DNA from: Alphaproteobacteria bacterium
Lineage (GTDB): Bacteria; Pseudomonadota; Alphaproteobacteria; SP197
Reading direction: 5' to 3'
Assembly (NCBI GenBank): GCA_964291265.2
Contig: OZ219747.1
Coordinates: 2,720,001 to 2,784,000 of the forward strand
Length of the DNA stretch: 64,000 nucleotides
Under the pieces are notes generated by a model, which was not told the origin of the DNA, did no database searches, and saw nothing but the letters and a program-made list of their open reading frames with translations. Positions 52,169-61,140 of this stretch are shown here, piece after piece. The number at the start of each line of letters is the position of its first letter. Position 1 is the first letter of the stretch. Position numbers and translations under genes: made by a program.

Positions 52169-55100
52169 TTATTCTTCCGCCAGGAGTTCTGCCAGGGTTG
52201 AATGTGAATTGTCATTCTCCGATGGCATGGCGTGTTCCGGCCACATTTCAAACAGTGGGTTGCCCGGGGACCAGAATTCAACGCTCTCCGAGTGCTCTTC
52301 GTAGTATCGTGCGTTTGTGGAAACGCGTACTTCCTCCATCATGCCCGGTGCTCGCAGGGCGTAAGCACCAGCTTCCAGGCGCCGAATCTGCATACCGGGG
52401 GGTGTCAGGCCAGCCGTTCTGATGATCCTGTCAAGATCATTCATCGTCATGGCAGGTTGTGGCCGCTCTGGCATCTCGAGAGCACTGTCCGTTACGTCGT
52501 CGATGTCGAAGCCGCCTCCTCCGTGTTCATCGGCGTCGTACATCAGATCGTCGAGAATCTCCGACCGCTCGTCGGAGTTACGTGATCTGCCAGTGAGCAC
52601 GGCCTCTGATATCTTTCCCGATAGCCTGGAGAGGATCGGCTGCAACGGTCCCACCACCGTCTCGAAGAGTCTGATGCGTTCCCGAACGGCAAGGTAGACG
52701 TCCGTCTCGACCGTGCCCTCGTAGTGCAGATTGACGATGCGAATGGTGGAGTGTTCCTGGCCCAGGCGATCGATGCGTCCGATGCGCTGCTCCACGCGCA
52801 TGGGGTTCCACGGCATGTCATAGTTCACAAGTGCTCCGCAGAACTGGAAATTGAGACCTTCGGCCGCGGCATCGGTACACAGCAGCACATCTGCAGCCCG
52901 GTCACGAAAGCGCCGCCTCGCATCGTCTCTGGTGATCCGCCGCCAAGTGCCATCACTGCCGGGTATCTCTCCCCCGCGCCCCGAAAAGCACAGCACCCTC
53001 AGTTGCGTACTGCTGGTCAATTCCTGGCGCAGGAAGTCCATGGTGTCGGCAAACTGGGTGAAGACCATGACCTGGCCAAAGCCGTCAGTCATGAGGTCTC
53101 GAAGAACCTTGAGAAGGCTGTCGAGCTTGCTGTCGGGAGGCAGTGCAGAGATGTCGGCCAGGAGCGCATCGATCGTTTCTCGTTGCTCCTGTGCAAGGAT
53201 TGAACTCTCGAGACCCTCGATCGCGTCCAGATCGATCCCATCATGCGAGAGGTCGTCGTCTGGCATGTCTTCTTCATCGAACATGGATCCTTCGTCGGCG
53301 CCTTCGAGAAGCGCACCCTGGCGCTTCATCAGCGTCTTCTCCAGGGCAAGGAAACTGCTGGCGAGGCGGCGACGGTACACCGTCATCACGAACCCGACGG
53401 CAGACCGGTCCTGACTGCCGGCCTGTTGGTACGTCTCGCTGATGTAGTCCTCGACGGCATCACAGAGGGCGCGTTCCCCTGTGCTCATGCGAATGAAACA
53501 GTCATCGACCCTGCGCTTGGCGATCGGAGTCGAGAGCATCCCCGCCTTGAAGTAGCGTCGAAGAAGCTCGCGCGTATGTCTCGAGACGAGGCGACGTATC
53601 GGAGTGTTCGCTTTCATGATGGCGATGGCCGCATGCCGTTCATCCGTCTCCAGATCGCCCCGGGGAATGTTCACGGGGTCGCGAAGAGCTCTCATGACCT
53701 TCCCGGTCTTCATGGGAGACAGCTTCGACAGACTGCGGCTTTCATCGATGCCGACCTTGCCGTAGGCCCGTTCAACCGACTGGAAGAGTGCTGCCATTCG
53801 GTTCAGCGCTTCCGTTGAGGGATTGGGGTGCCCCAGGTCTTCAAAGAACCGCAAGAACTCCTTGCTGCTCCACTCTGACGGAAGGCCAAGGAGGTTCAGC
53901 AGGTCCCACGTCTCGATGGGATGAACCTGCATGGGTGTCGCCGTGAGCAGGAGAAGTCCTTGTGTTTTTTCCTTCAGGCCCTGCATGAGTCTGAGCAGGG
54001 TGTTCGGCCCCCCTTCCCGTGCGCTGCCGGCGCCTCGCCTGCGGGCGTGATGGGCTTCGTCGAGGACCACGAGATCCCAGGGTTCTGCCTGTTCGAGAAG
54101 TTCTGCCGCCCGGTCCTGGCGCCGCATGAGCTGGCTCGAGGCGATGACGACGGGTTCGTCGTGCCAGCCTTCACGGCTGACGACACGCTCGTGGTTTCCT
54201 TGCAGGGCGGGAGAGGGATACCAGGAAAGCCTGCGCCCATCATAGATGGGCCAGTTGAGGTTGAACTTTTCGCGCAACTCGATCTGCCATTGGCGCAGCA
54301 CGGCCTTGGGCGCCAGTATCAGGATGCGTTGGGCGCGTCGCGCCAGCCAGGCCTGGCGCAACAGCAGACCGGCCTGAATGGTCTTGCCGAGGCCGACCTC
54401 GTCGGCGATCAGGAGTTGCGGTGGCCAGTTGCGGTAAAGACGATCGAAGGCCCTGATCTGGTGCGGCCAGGGTTGCACCGGTGCGGTCGCTTCACCGATC
54501 AGGTCACCTCCGCCAGGCCACGATGGCGCATCGTGGATGAACGCCCAGATCCGGTCCCGCAACGACACCGCTGGAGACCATTCGTCCACCTTGTCGGAGC
54601 CGCTGTCCGGGCTGACGGGAACTGCGACATCCTCCAGTCGTCGTGGTTTGCCATGGTCCGGCATGAAACGCATCAGGTCACGGCGCACGGCTTCCGGGAC
54701 GTCCAGCACCATCACCCGGTCGGTGGTCCTTGCGGCCCAGAGGCGCGCGAAGTTCTCTTCCTGCACCGCAACCCGTTCCGGTTCCGGACCCCAACTGGCA
54801 AAGACACTGATGGTCTCCCAGTTGGTCTTCCAACCGGCAGTGGTTTCATTCAGACTCCCCGTCCAGGCGATGCGATCACCCGCCCGGTCCTCGATGATCC
54901 CGGTCTTTGCGTGAAAGATGCCGTCATCGGGAACCGGCTTGCCGTTCATGCAGGGAACCGCAACCTTCACCTCGAGATTGCCGCGCGCCACCATCCAGGC
55001 CAGCAGTTCCAGTGCGTCAGCCGTCTCCATATCGGGCGCCGCAAGGGGCCGGGAGGTCAAGCGCCGCTCGACACAGTCGCGGAGTTCCTCACCTTGGGTG

Positions 55101-55333
55101 ATTGCATCGATCTCGGGTTGATCGAGGGTGCAGCCGACGATGAGGCGCATGCGCCCCTCATTGCGGACCAGTCCCTCGATGCCGCGGGCCGCCAGCACCA
55201 GGGCGCCAGCGGTGAAGTACCCCGTCAGCCGATTGTAGTAGCGGGCGTTCTCCAGGGCCGGGACATAGAACAGGCGGACAAGATCACCGTCACGGGGCGT
55301 GTACTCGAGCTCCCAGGGATAGTCTCTCAGCAT
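52169..55333 (-). CDS. PLD-nuclease plus SNF2-type helicase fusion
   Basis: FHAKTGIIED..TGSLNET (PLD); ADEVGLGKT, LDEAHH, LTATP, EGLNFQ and EQRIGRIDR. Confidence 0.92.
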   Translation of the reverse strand: MLRDYPWELEYTPRDGDLVRLFYVPALENARYYNRLTGYFTAGALVLAARGIEGLVRNEGRMRLIVGCTLDQPEIDAITQGEELRDCVERRLTSRPLAAPDMETADALELLAWMVARGNLEVKVAVPCMNGKPVPDDGIFHAKTGIIEDRAGDRIAWTGSLNETTAGWKTNWETISVFASWGPEPERVAVQEENFARLWAARTTDRVMVLDVPEAVRRDLMRFMPDHGKPRRLEDVAVPVSPDSGSDKVDEWSPAVSLRDRIWAFIHDAPSWPGGGDLIGEATAPVQPWPHQIRAFDRLYRNWPPQLLIADEVGLGKTIQAGLLLRQAWLARRAQRILILAPKAVLRQWQIELREKFNLNWPIYDGRRLSWYPSPALQGNHERVVSREGWHDEPVVIASSQLMRRQDRAAELLEQAEPWDLVVLDEAHHARRRGAGSAREGGPNTLLRLMQGLKEKTQGLLLLTATPMQVHPIETWDLLNLLGLPSEWSSKEFLRFFEDLGHPNPSTEALNRMAALFQSVERAYGKVGIDESRSLSKLSPMKTGKVMRALRDPVNIPRGDLETDERHAAIAIMKANTPIRRLVSRHTRELLRRYFKAGMLSTPIAKRRVDDCFIRMSTGERALCDAVEDYISETYQQAGSQDRSAVGFVMTVYRRRLASSFLALEKTLMKRQGALLEGADEGSMFDEEDMPDDDLSHDGIDLDAIEGLESSILAQEQRETIDALLADISALPPDSKLDSLLKVLRDLMTDGFGQVMVFTQFADTMDFLRQELTSSTQLRVLCFSGRGGEIPGSDGTWRRITRDDARRRFRDRAADVLLCTDAAAEGLNFQFCGALVNYDMPWNPMRVEQRIGRIDRLGQEHSTIRIVNLHYEGTVETDVYLAVRERIRLFETVVGPLQPILSRLSGKISEAVLTGRSRNSDERSEILDDLMYDADEHGGGGFDIDDVTDSALEMPERPQPAMTMNDLDRIIRTAGLTPPGMQIRRLEAGAYALRAPGMMEEVRVSTNARYYEEHSESVEFWSPGNPLFEMWPEHAMPSENDNSHSTLAELLAEE

Positions 55334-58269
55334 CAGGGGAGCTCATCGTCCTTCCAGAGCTTGAGCTGCTCCGGTTCATCAATACGATCACTGAAGGCGA
55401 GACGGCTCAGATTGTAGAGAACCTCGAAGTCACTTCCGGAGGCAGCCACGTCACCTTCGAGTTCGATGCCGGTGAAGACCCTGGAGACCGGCAGGACTTC
55501 GAGCACCGCTGCGAGCGATGCCACGAACTGCTGGTCCTGATCCACAGCAAACCGGCTGAGCATGTCCCGTGCCGGATCCAGGGATTGTCGCATACGCGCC
55601 AGGTTCGCTGCGTGATGGATGGCGTCAATCATGCCGCGCGAACCATCGGCAGGCCCGAGTGCTCCCTTGGCTGCCCGCTGCGTGCTGTCCCAGAGGGTCA
55701 GATCACTTCCCTTCTTGCCGGCAAGCCTGCCGACGATGTCGCTGTCGAGATCGGCGCCGACGGCTCTGGCCAGACGCAAGGCTTCGTCATAGGCAAAGAC
55801 CGGCGCCCGAAAGGCGTCCCATGCAAGGACGAAGAAGGCCGTTGCAGGGTCGAGATCGGTTCTGGCTTTCTGATGCGTCAACTGTTCAAGGCGCCAGCGC
55901 TTCACTTCCTGGCGCGCCGCATCGAGCGCGTCTTCCGGTGTGGCGGCATAAGGGTCCCATTCTTCCGGGAACACCTTCAGCTGGCGTCTGCGTTCCCGAG
56001 GCGTGTCGCGCGGCGTGCCGCGCCGCAACGGCCAATGGCGCGAGAACACCTCGAGGGCCGGGCCGAAGGAGGCCAGGTAGAGATCGACGCCGGCAATGCC
56101 CGACTCCTGATAGCTCTCGATCTCCTTGCGGACGGCCTTCGCCACGTCGCCTTCCACATCTTCCCAGTAGACATCGTCACCGGCCGTCGCGCCGGAGGTC
56201 CGTGGCCGGCAGGCCAGGAAGATCGTGCTCTTGGCCGCCGCCTTGTCCTTGATGTGAAGGCTGCCTTCAGCTTCCGTGTTGATCGGCCACGATGCGGTGA
56301 TGACGAATCCGGCATCCATCAGGCCCATGGTGAGCGCATCCCACGCTCCGGTCGCCTTGTGGGTGAACATCAGGGTCATGATGCCGTCGGGCTTCAGGAC
56401 CCGGCGACACTCGGCAAAGATCGACGCCATGCGCTCCTGATAGTCGCGCCCGGCACGCGCCCTCGTTCCCTTCTGGCCTCGAAACCGCGCCGGATTCGCC
56501 ACCGCCTCGTTCTCCTTGTCGGTGAGGTTGCGACGGAAGAGCTCGGGGAAGACATGGCCGGCCGTGCGTTTGAGCCAGACATAGAAGAAGTCCGACAATT
56601 CGGCATACATGACGTTGTCGTAGTAGGGCGGGTCCATGACCACGGCATCGATGCTGCCGTCCTCGATGTGATCGAGGGCGTCACCGGACTTGCAGGTGAT
56701 GGTGATCGGCGGTGGTGCATGCTGGGTGGCGAACAGGCCGCCCTTGTCGCCGGCTTCCGGACGGACCAGTGACACGAGCTCCTTGATGCACTTCGCGGTC
56801 TGGCCGATGGCCCAGTCATACCCGACGCCGGCAACGAGAGGGGCCATTTCGGCATAGGACCACTTGAACGAGAAATCATGACGGTCGAATGCTCCCAACA
56901 ACACTTCTCGGTTGACGTGCCAGCGGGTCATCCGCGCGTTGTAGTTCAAGAGCTTGTCGAGCGAGAGCGCCAGGTACCCATACGCTGCCAGGCGGATGTC
57001 GGTCAGTTTGCCGGCCTGACGGTCGGCCTCCAGCATCTCGCGGAAGATCTCGACGCTCGTGCCGTGGCACAGCAACTGGCGCGGCGAGAACAGATCGCGC
57101 CACAGCGGCATCCCGTATCGTTGTGGCTCGGCGGTCTTGTTGCCATCCGGAATCCGCTCGCTTGGGATGATGTCGAACGCCTCCCATTCGGGGAGCTTCT
57201 CGTCGAGGAGCGCCGCAATCTCGGCACCGTTGTCGTCTTCCGGCCACGGCGCCCGGTAGCCGCGAACCCACCTGGATTTGCCGAGCTTGCCGGACTTGAG
57301 CTTCCTTCCGGGCATGCGTTTCTTGTAGACGACGGCGTAGAGCTGCTCACCCATCTCGCCTGCCTGAGCCTGGCGCTTGATTTCATCGCCATCGATGACC
57401 CGGTTGCAGTCCGACCAGGGACAGGCGCCGTCCCCGCGCGACACCGTACCCGGTGACTGGTCCCGTGCCTCGCCCACGATCTCGAACGAACAGACCCGGC
57501 CGTTCGACCCAGACCCCGTACCTGTCTCCGGCTTCAGCCGGACTCCGGTGCCGCCCGGTGCGAGCCGCCAATTCGGCGACAAAGGCACCAAACCCGCGCA
57601 ATACGGGCAGGAAATCGTCCGTGCCCAGAGGAAATTGGTCGATACGGCATCCGCATCAGGCTCGTCGGGAAAACACCTCGCGAGCCGCTCCTCCCTCTTG
57701 ACGACCAACCGCTGCGAAAGTTTGGCGAATTCGCATATGAGGTCAGCACCATATCGCGATGGCCACTCTACCGTTGCCTGCATGATTAGGGCAGCGACTG
57801 GATTCAAATCGTTCGCAACCACCGTTGCGCGAAGACGAGCCGCTTCGAAGGGAATGCTGCCCCCGCCCGCGGTCGGATCAAGTATCGCGAGGTTTTCTGG
57901 TAGCTCTCCCGAATTGGATGTCATCCACCCGATGTCATTCTCATTGGGATCGTAACTGAATGCTCGCGAGTAGCTGTATGCTTGACCTTCAAACCGCTCA
58001 CCCCGTCGTCGCGCAACATCGATCCTTCGGCGGGTGGCCACCGGGTCCCCGTGAATTCCCAGCACGTGCAGGAAGCGTTCGCGGTCGGCATCGGCTGGCA
58101 GCAACGACGCCAACACCGCTGCCCGCGCTGCGACCAGAGGTCGCCGTGCCCACCAGACGTGGAGACGGTTCGGCGCCGGGAACGGTGTCATGGGTGTACG
58201 TTCACGCAGGCTTTCGATGCCAAGCTCTGCGATGGGCAGCCAGCGTTCGATGAGGCGGGTGTCGTCCAT
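55333..58269 (-). CDS. DUF1156-type amino (adenine) DNA methyltransferase
   Basis: LHVWWARRPL, DPTAGGGSIP (motif I), CPYC...CPWSDC and MDPPYYDNVMYAELSDFFYVWLKR. Confidence 0.92.
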   Translation of the reverse strand: MDDTRLIERWLPIAELGIESLRERTPMTPFPAPNRLHVWWARRPLVAARAAVLASLLPADADRERFLHVLGIHGDPVATRRRIDVARRRGERFEGQAYSYSRAFSYDPNENDIGWMTSNSGELPENLAILDPTAGGGSIPFEAARLRATVVANDLNPVAALIMQATVEWPSRYGADLICEFAKLSQRLVVKREERLARCFPDEPDADAVSTNFLWARTISCPYCAGLVPLSPNWRLAPGGTGVRLKPETGTGSGSNGRVCSFEIVGEARDQSPGTVSRGDGACPWSDCNRVIDGDEIKRQAQAGEMGEQLYAVVYKKRMPGRKLKSGKLGKSRWVRGYRAPWPEDDNGAEIAALLDEKLPEWEAFDIIPSERIPDGNKTAEPQRYGMPLWRDLFSPRQLLCHGTSVEIFREMLEADRQAGKLTDIRLAAYGYLALSLDKLLNYNARMTRWHVNREVLLGAFDRHDFSFKWSYAEMAPLVAGVGYDWAIGQTAKCIKELVSLVRPEAGDKGGLFATQHAPPPITITCKSGDALDHIEDGSIDAVVMDPPYYDNVMYAELSDFFYVWLKRTAGHVFPELFRRNLTDKENEAVANPARFRGQKGTRARAGRDYQERMASIFAECRRVLKPDGIMTLMFTHKATGAWDALTMGLMDAGFVITASWPINTEAEGSLHIKDKAAAKSTIFLACRPRTSGATAGDDVYWEDVEGDVAKAVRKEIESYQESGIAGVDLYLASFGPALEVFSRHWPLRRGTPRDTPRERRRQLKVFPEEWDPYAATPEDALDAARQEVKRWRLEQLTHQKARTDLDPATAFFVLAWDAFRAPVFAYDEALRLARAVGADLDSDIVGRLAGKKGSDLTLWDSTQRAAKGALGPADGSRGMIDAIHHAANLARMRQSLDPARDMLSRFAVDQDQQFVASLAAVLEVLPVSRVFTGIELEGDVAASGSDFEVLYNLSRLAFSDRIDEPEQLKLWKDDELP

Positions 58270-58276
58270 GAGTGTC

Positions 58277-59359
58277 TCAGGCTGCATGGGCGGAGAGGTG
58301 CGTGGCATCGCCGAACAGCTCGACCGTCCAGGGATCCGGTGAATGGAACGGGCGGCGCAAGCGGATGCCGTGCTGTCTGTCAGGCAGGCGCTGAAGACGC
58401 ACTGCGCTCTCTTTCAGGGTTCTTTCGACCGCGCGATCCGGATGCCTGAAGGAGGCTTGCTTCGATGTCCCGTTTCTGGTGATCCAGGCGCGGCTCGTTT
58501 CATTCAGGATACGCTTGGCGTCCTCTGTCCCTGGCAGGATGCGGCCTCCTCTCATCCAGGGCGCCAGAACGGCGGTAGCCTGGGTTTCCACCATGGCGTG
58601 CCAGACCGCGGGCACATGCGCATTCTCGGAGCCGTGGTGTGGCACCTTGAACACGGACGCCCTGCCGCCCGGACGCACGGTGTCATTCACAATGATGGAC
58701 CATCCGCGTCTTTCCATGTCGGACCCGAGGAGAAGCGATGTCCCCATGGCGTCAACCCACAGGACAACCGCGGCCTCGTTGGGGGAAAGATCGCGGATAC
58801 GGTTCCTCGCTTCCCTCTCCCTTGGCATCAGACCATGAAGTGCCTTCAAGAACGCCTGGAATACCGTGTCCGACGGAGAAAGAGACCATACCTCGCAGTC
58901 CGGACTGCGATACACCCTGCGGTTGGCGATGGCGTGGACTGGCTTCCTTGCCCTGTCGGCCAGGAGTGACATGACGCCATGGATTTCCCGTACTCCCGAA
59001 TGGCCGACCGGGACATGATTCGCCTCGAGGGCGCCGATCATGCCGAGAAACTCCGCCGTACACAGCGCGCCGGCGCAGCAGAATTCGGCAATTGGCGCGG
59101 CCTCGAGAATGTTGACCAATCCCCTGATGTGGTCGTCATGCCAATGCGTTGCGACAACGATACCGATCGACTCGGCCGGATCGACACCAATCCGCTCAAG
59201 GTAGTGCAGGGCCGAAGGCGTACCCCGCGAATCGACGCAGGAGTCGATCACCACCCACACACCCCTTCCAGGGTGCACGACCATGCCTTCTCCATAGCCG
59301 GGGCCAAACAACGTGAGTTCGATCTCGTCCTCCCGGGGAGGCCGCTCGGTGCCGGTCAC
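58277..59359 (-). CDS. MBL-fold metallo-hydrolase, ComEC/Rec2-like (putative nuclease)
   Basis: FGPGYGEG, VIDSC, THWHDDH, LLGSDME and KVPHHGS; GTGA overlap with the upstream gene. Confidence 0.85.
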   Translation of the reverse strand: MTGTERPPREDEIELTLFGPGYGEGMVVHPGRGVWVVIDSCVDSRGTPSALHYLERIGVDPAESIGIVVATHWHDDHIRGLVNILEAAPIAEFCCAGALCTAEFLGMIGALEANHVPVGHSGVREIHGVMSLLADRARKPVHAIANRRVYRSPDCEVWSLSPSDTVFQAFLKALHGLMPREREARNRIRDLSPNEAAVVLWVDAMGTSLLLGSDMERRGWSIIVNDTVRPGGRASVFKVPHHGSENAHVPAVWHAMVETQATAVLAPWMRGGRILPGTEDAKRILNETSRAWITRNGTSKQASFRHPDRAVERTLKESAVRLQRLPDRQHGIRLRRPFHSPDPWTVELFGDATHLSAHAA

Positions 59360-59949
59360 GATGTCCAGGCCGCCATGACCGACCGGGCCCACTCGCGGCC
59401 CTTGCGATAGTCATCCTGTGTCATCCTCGGGAGATCGCGAAAGACGATCCTGGACACCCTGGTGACGGTTCCTTCGCTGGAGCGCTCCATCCCGATGACC
59501 CAGCGGAAAATGCTGCCGATGACCATGCGTCCACGGTGGCGATCGGAGAGTTCCGAGAGAGGGATGATGGCTTCAGTGCTCTCATGCTCGTGACCGGCCG
59601 TGATGTCAGTCAGCATGGCCACGATGTCATCATCGCGAATCTCCACCACGTGCCCTTCCCATTCCTGCAGGGGATGCAGCGTCGCCATGCGACGCGCCTG
59701 GATGAACCTGGGAGGGAAGCTGATGCACACTTGTTGATGTTCACCATTTGTCCCGCGGGCCGCCGAGGTCTCCGTGTTGCATGCAACACGATTGCTCGCC
59801 TGGTGAGGCGATGGCAGATGGAACCTAGTCGACAGCGCACGCTCGACTTCCTGATCGGCCCTTGCCACGAGGCCATGGCCCAGGTCCCCGCTCTCGTCGG
59901 CAGACGTGTCGAGTTGTTGCCCTGCGGTCGACTGTTTGAATGGCGCCAT
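59356..59949 (-). CDS. Hypothetical protein with a compact C-terminal domain (LQEWEGHV...FRWVIG...IVFRDLP)
   Basis: GAGG RBS; operon-embedded, stop overlaps the next start. Confidence 0.7.
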   Translation of the reverse strand: MAPFKQSTAGQQLDTSADESGDLGHGLVARADQEVERALSTRFHLPSPHQASNRVACNTETSAARGTNGEHQQVCISFPPRFIQARRMATLHPLQEWEGHVVEIRDDDIVAMLTDITAGHEHESTEAIIPLSELSDRHRGRMVIGSIFRWVIGMERSSEGTVTRVSRIVFRDLPRMTQDDYRKGREWARSVMAAWTS

Positions 59950-59968
59950 GGTACCTCGGCCTCGGTTT

Positions 59969-60664
59969 CTAGGTTGCGAGAGACATCACGTGATCGACGA
60001 TCTCATCCGCACGTCGAAGGGATTCGTCGAACCTTTGTTCGAGCAGGTCGAGGACGTGTGCCGCCCCGCCTGGGGTCGAGTCACGGACATCATAGTGATC
60101 ATTGACACGCACGTAGATCCCCTTTCTTCCATCACCGACCCTGGCAGAGGGTTGCACCGTCACGTCGATATGCCCGCCATGAGGCCTGTTCGTCAGTTCC
60201 GTCTGTCGCATGGTAAGCGACACCATGCCACTGCTGTCGTCAGTCAAGCGCAGTATCCCGGCAATCCCTTCCCATGGTTCGGGCGGCGCCAGCATTCTGC
60301 CAACTCGCTGCTGTGCTTCGGCACTTGCTGCACGGAAGTGGATCTCTCGGTTGATGCCGAAAGCACCGACAGGCGTGTGATGCAGAAGTTCGCGGAAGGT
60401 GCGCAGGACGAGATCACGCAGGCGCACGTGAGGTCCCTGTTGGGTATCGGCCTGGAATTGATCGGTCGTTGCTTGAATGCTGACCCACTCGGTCGCAAAG
60501 GCCGTCAAATGCGGATGTGCGACGTTCAGAGTGGCGGTTTCGTGAGCGCCGGGCAGAAGCCCGTGCATGGCGAACCAGGCGGGTGTGAGGATCGCCGGAT
60601 TGAAGGTCCCGCGAAGCACGATTCCTGCGCTGCTGACTTCGGGTTCGATGCGCATGCCCGTCAT
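59969..60664 (-). CDS. Hypothetical protein (IVLRGTFNPAILTPAW...HTPVGAFGIN)
   Basis: ATGA overlap with the upstream gene; globular-looking 231-aa ORF. Confidence 0.75.
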   Translation of the reverse strand: MTGMRIEPEVSSAGIVLRGTFNPAILTPAWFAMHGLLPGAHETATLNVAHPHLTAFATEWVSIQATTDQFQADTQQGPHVRLRDLVLRTFRELLHHTPVGAFGINREIHFRAASAEAQQRVGRMLAPPEPWEGIAGILRLTDDSSGMVSLTMRQTELTNRPHGGHIDVTVQPSARVGDGRKGIYVRVNDHYDVRDSTPGGAAHVLDLLEQRFDESLRRADEIVDHVMSLAT

Positions 60665-61140
60665 CTTCCGGGCGCCGCAAGAAGGCACCGCAGGGCTGTC
60701 AGCACCCGGCGCGGATGCTTGCGGTGCATCGCCATCCCCAGCCAGTAGGCTGCCTCCTCGCGCCCCATCGCGTCGATGCCTTCGGCAACGGCCCTCATGT
60801 TGTCACGGCTGCGCATGGGCGCAAGCGCTCGGAAGAGCAGGCCCAGGTTCAAGGCAAGATCCTCCGTCAGAGCGTGCGCCTCAACGGCTGAACCGTGCGA
60901 TGGACCAGGCGTGATGCCGGCCCTGGCGAGACTCTTGAGGACACGGTGTTCCACCAGTTCAAGATTGCGTCCGCGAAGCCCCGCGACACGCACGCGACGC
61001 CTGACATGGGGCGACGCGGCTGCAGGAAGCTGCCAGACCTCGTAGCCGGTGTCTGCAGGACCGTGGCGGCGCAGACGCAACTCGTAGCGCGGCGCTGAAT
61101 TGGGCGTGTCGCGACGGACGACGGGTCCGGGACCCGGCAT
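60661..61140 (-). CDS. Small accessory protein of DUF499 systems (DUF3780-like by position)
   Basis: Abuts the DUF499 stop; LALNLGLLFRALAPMR...EEAAYWLG...ALRCLL helical C-terminus. Confidence 0.7.
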   Translation of the reverse strand: MPGPGPVVRRDTPNSAPRYELRLRRHGPADTGYEVWQLPAAASPHVRRRVRVAGLRGRNLELVEHRVLKSLARAGITPGPSHGSAVEAHALTEDLALNLGLLFRALAPMRSRDNMRAVAEGIDAMGREEAAYWLGMAMHRKHPRRVLTALRCLLAAPGR

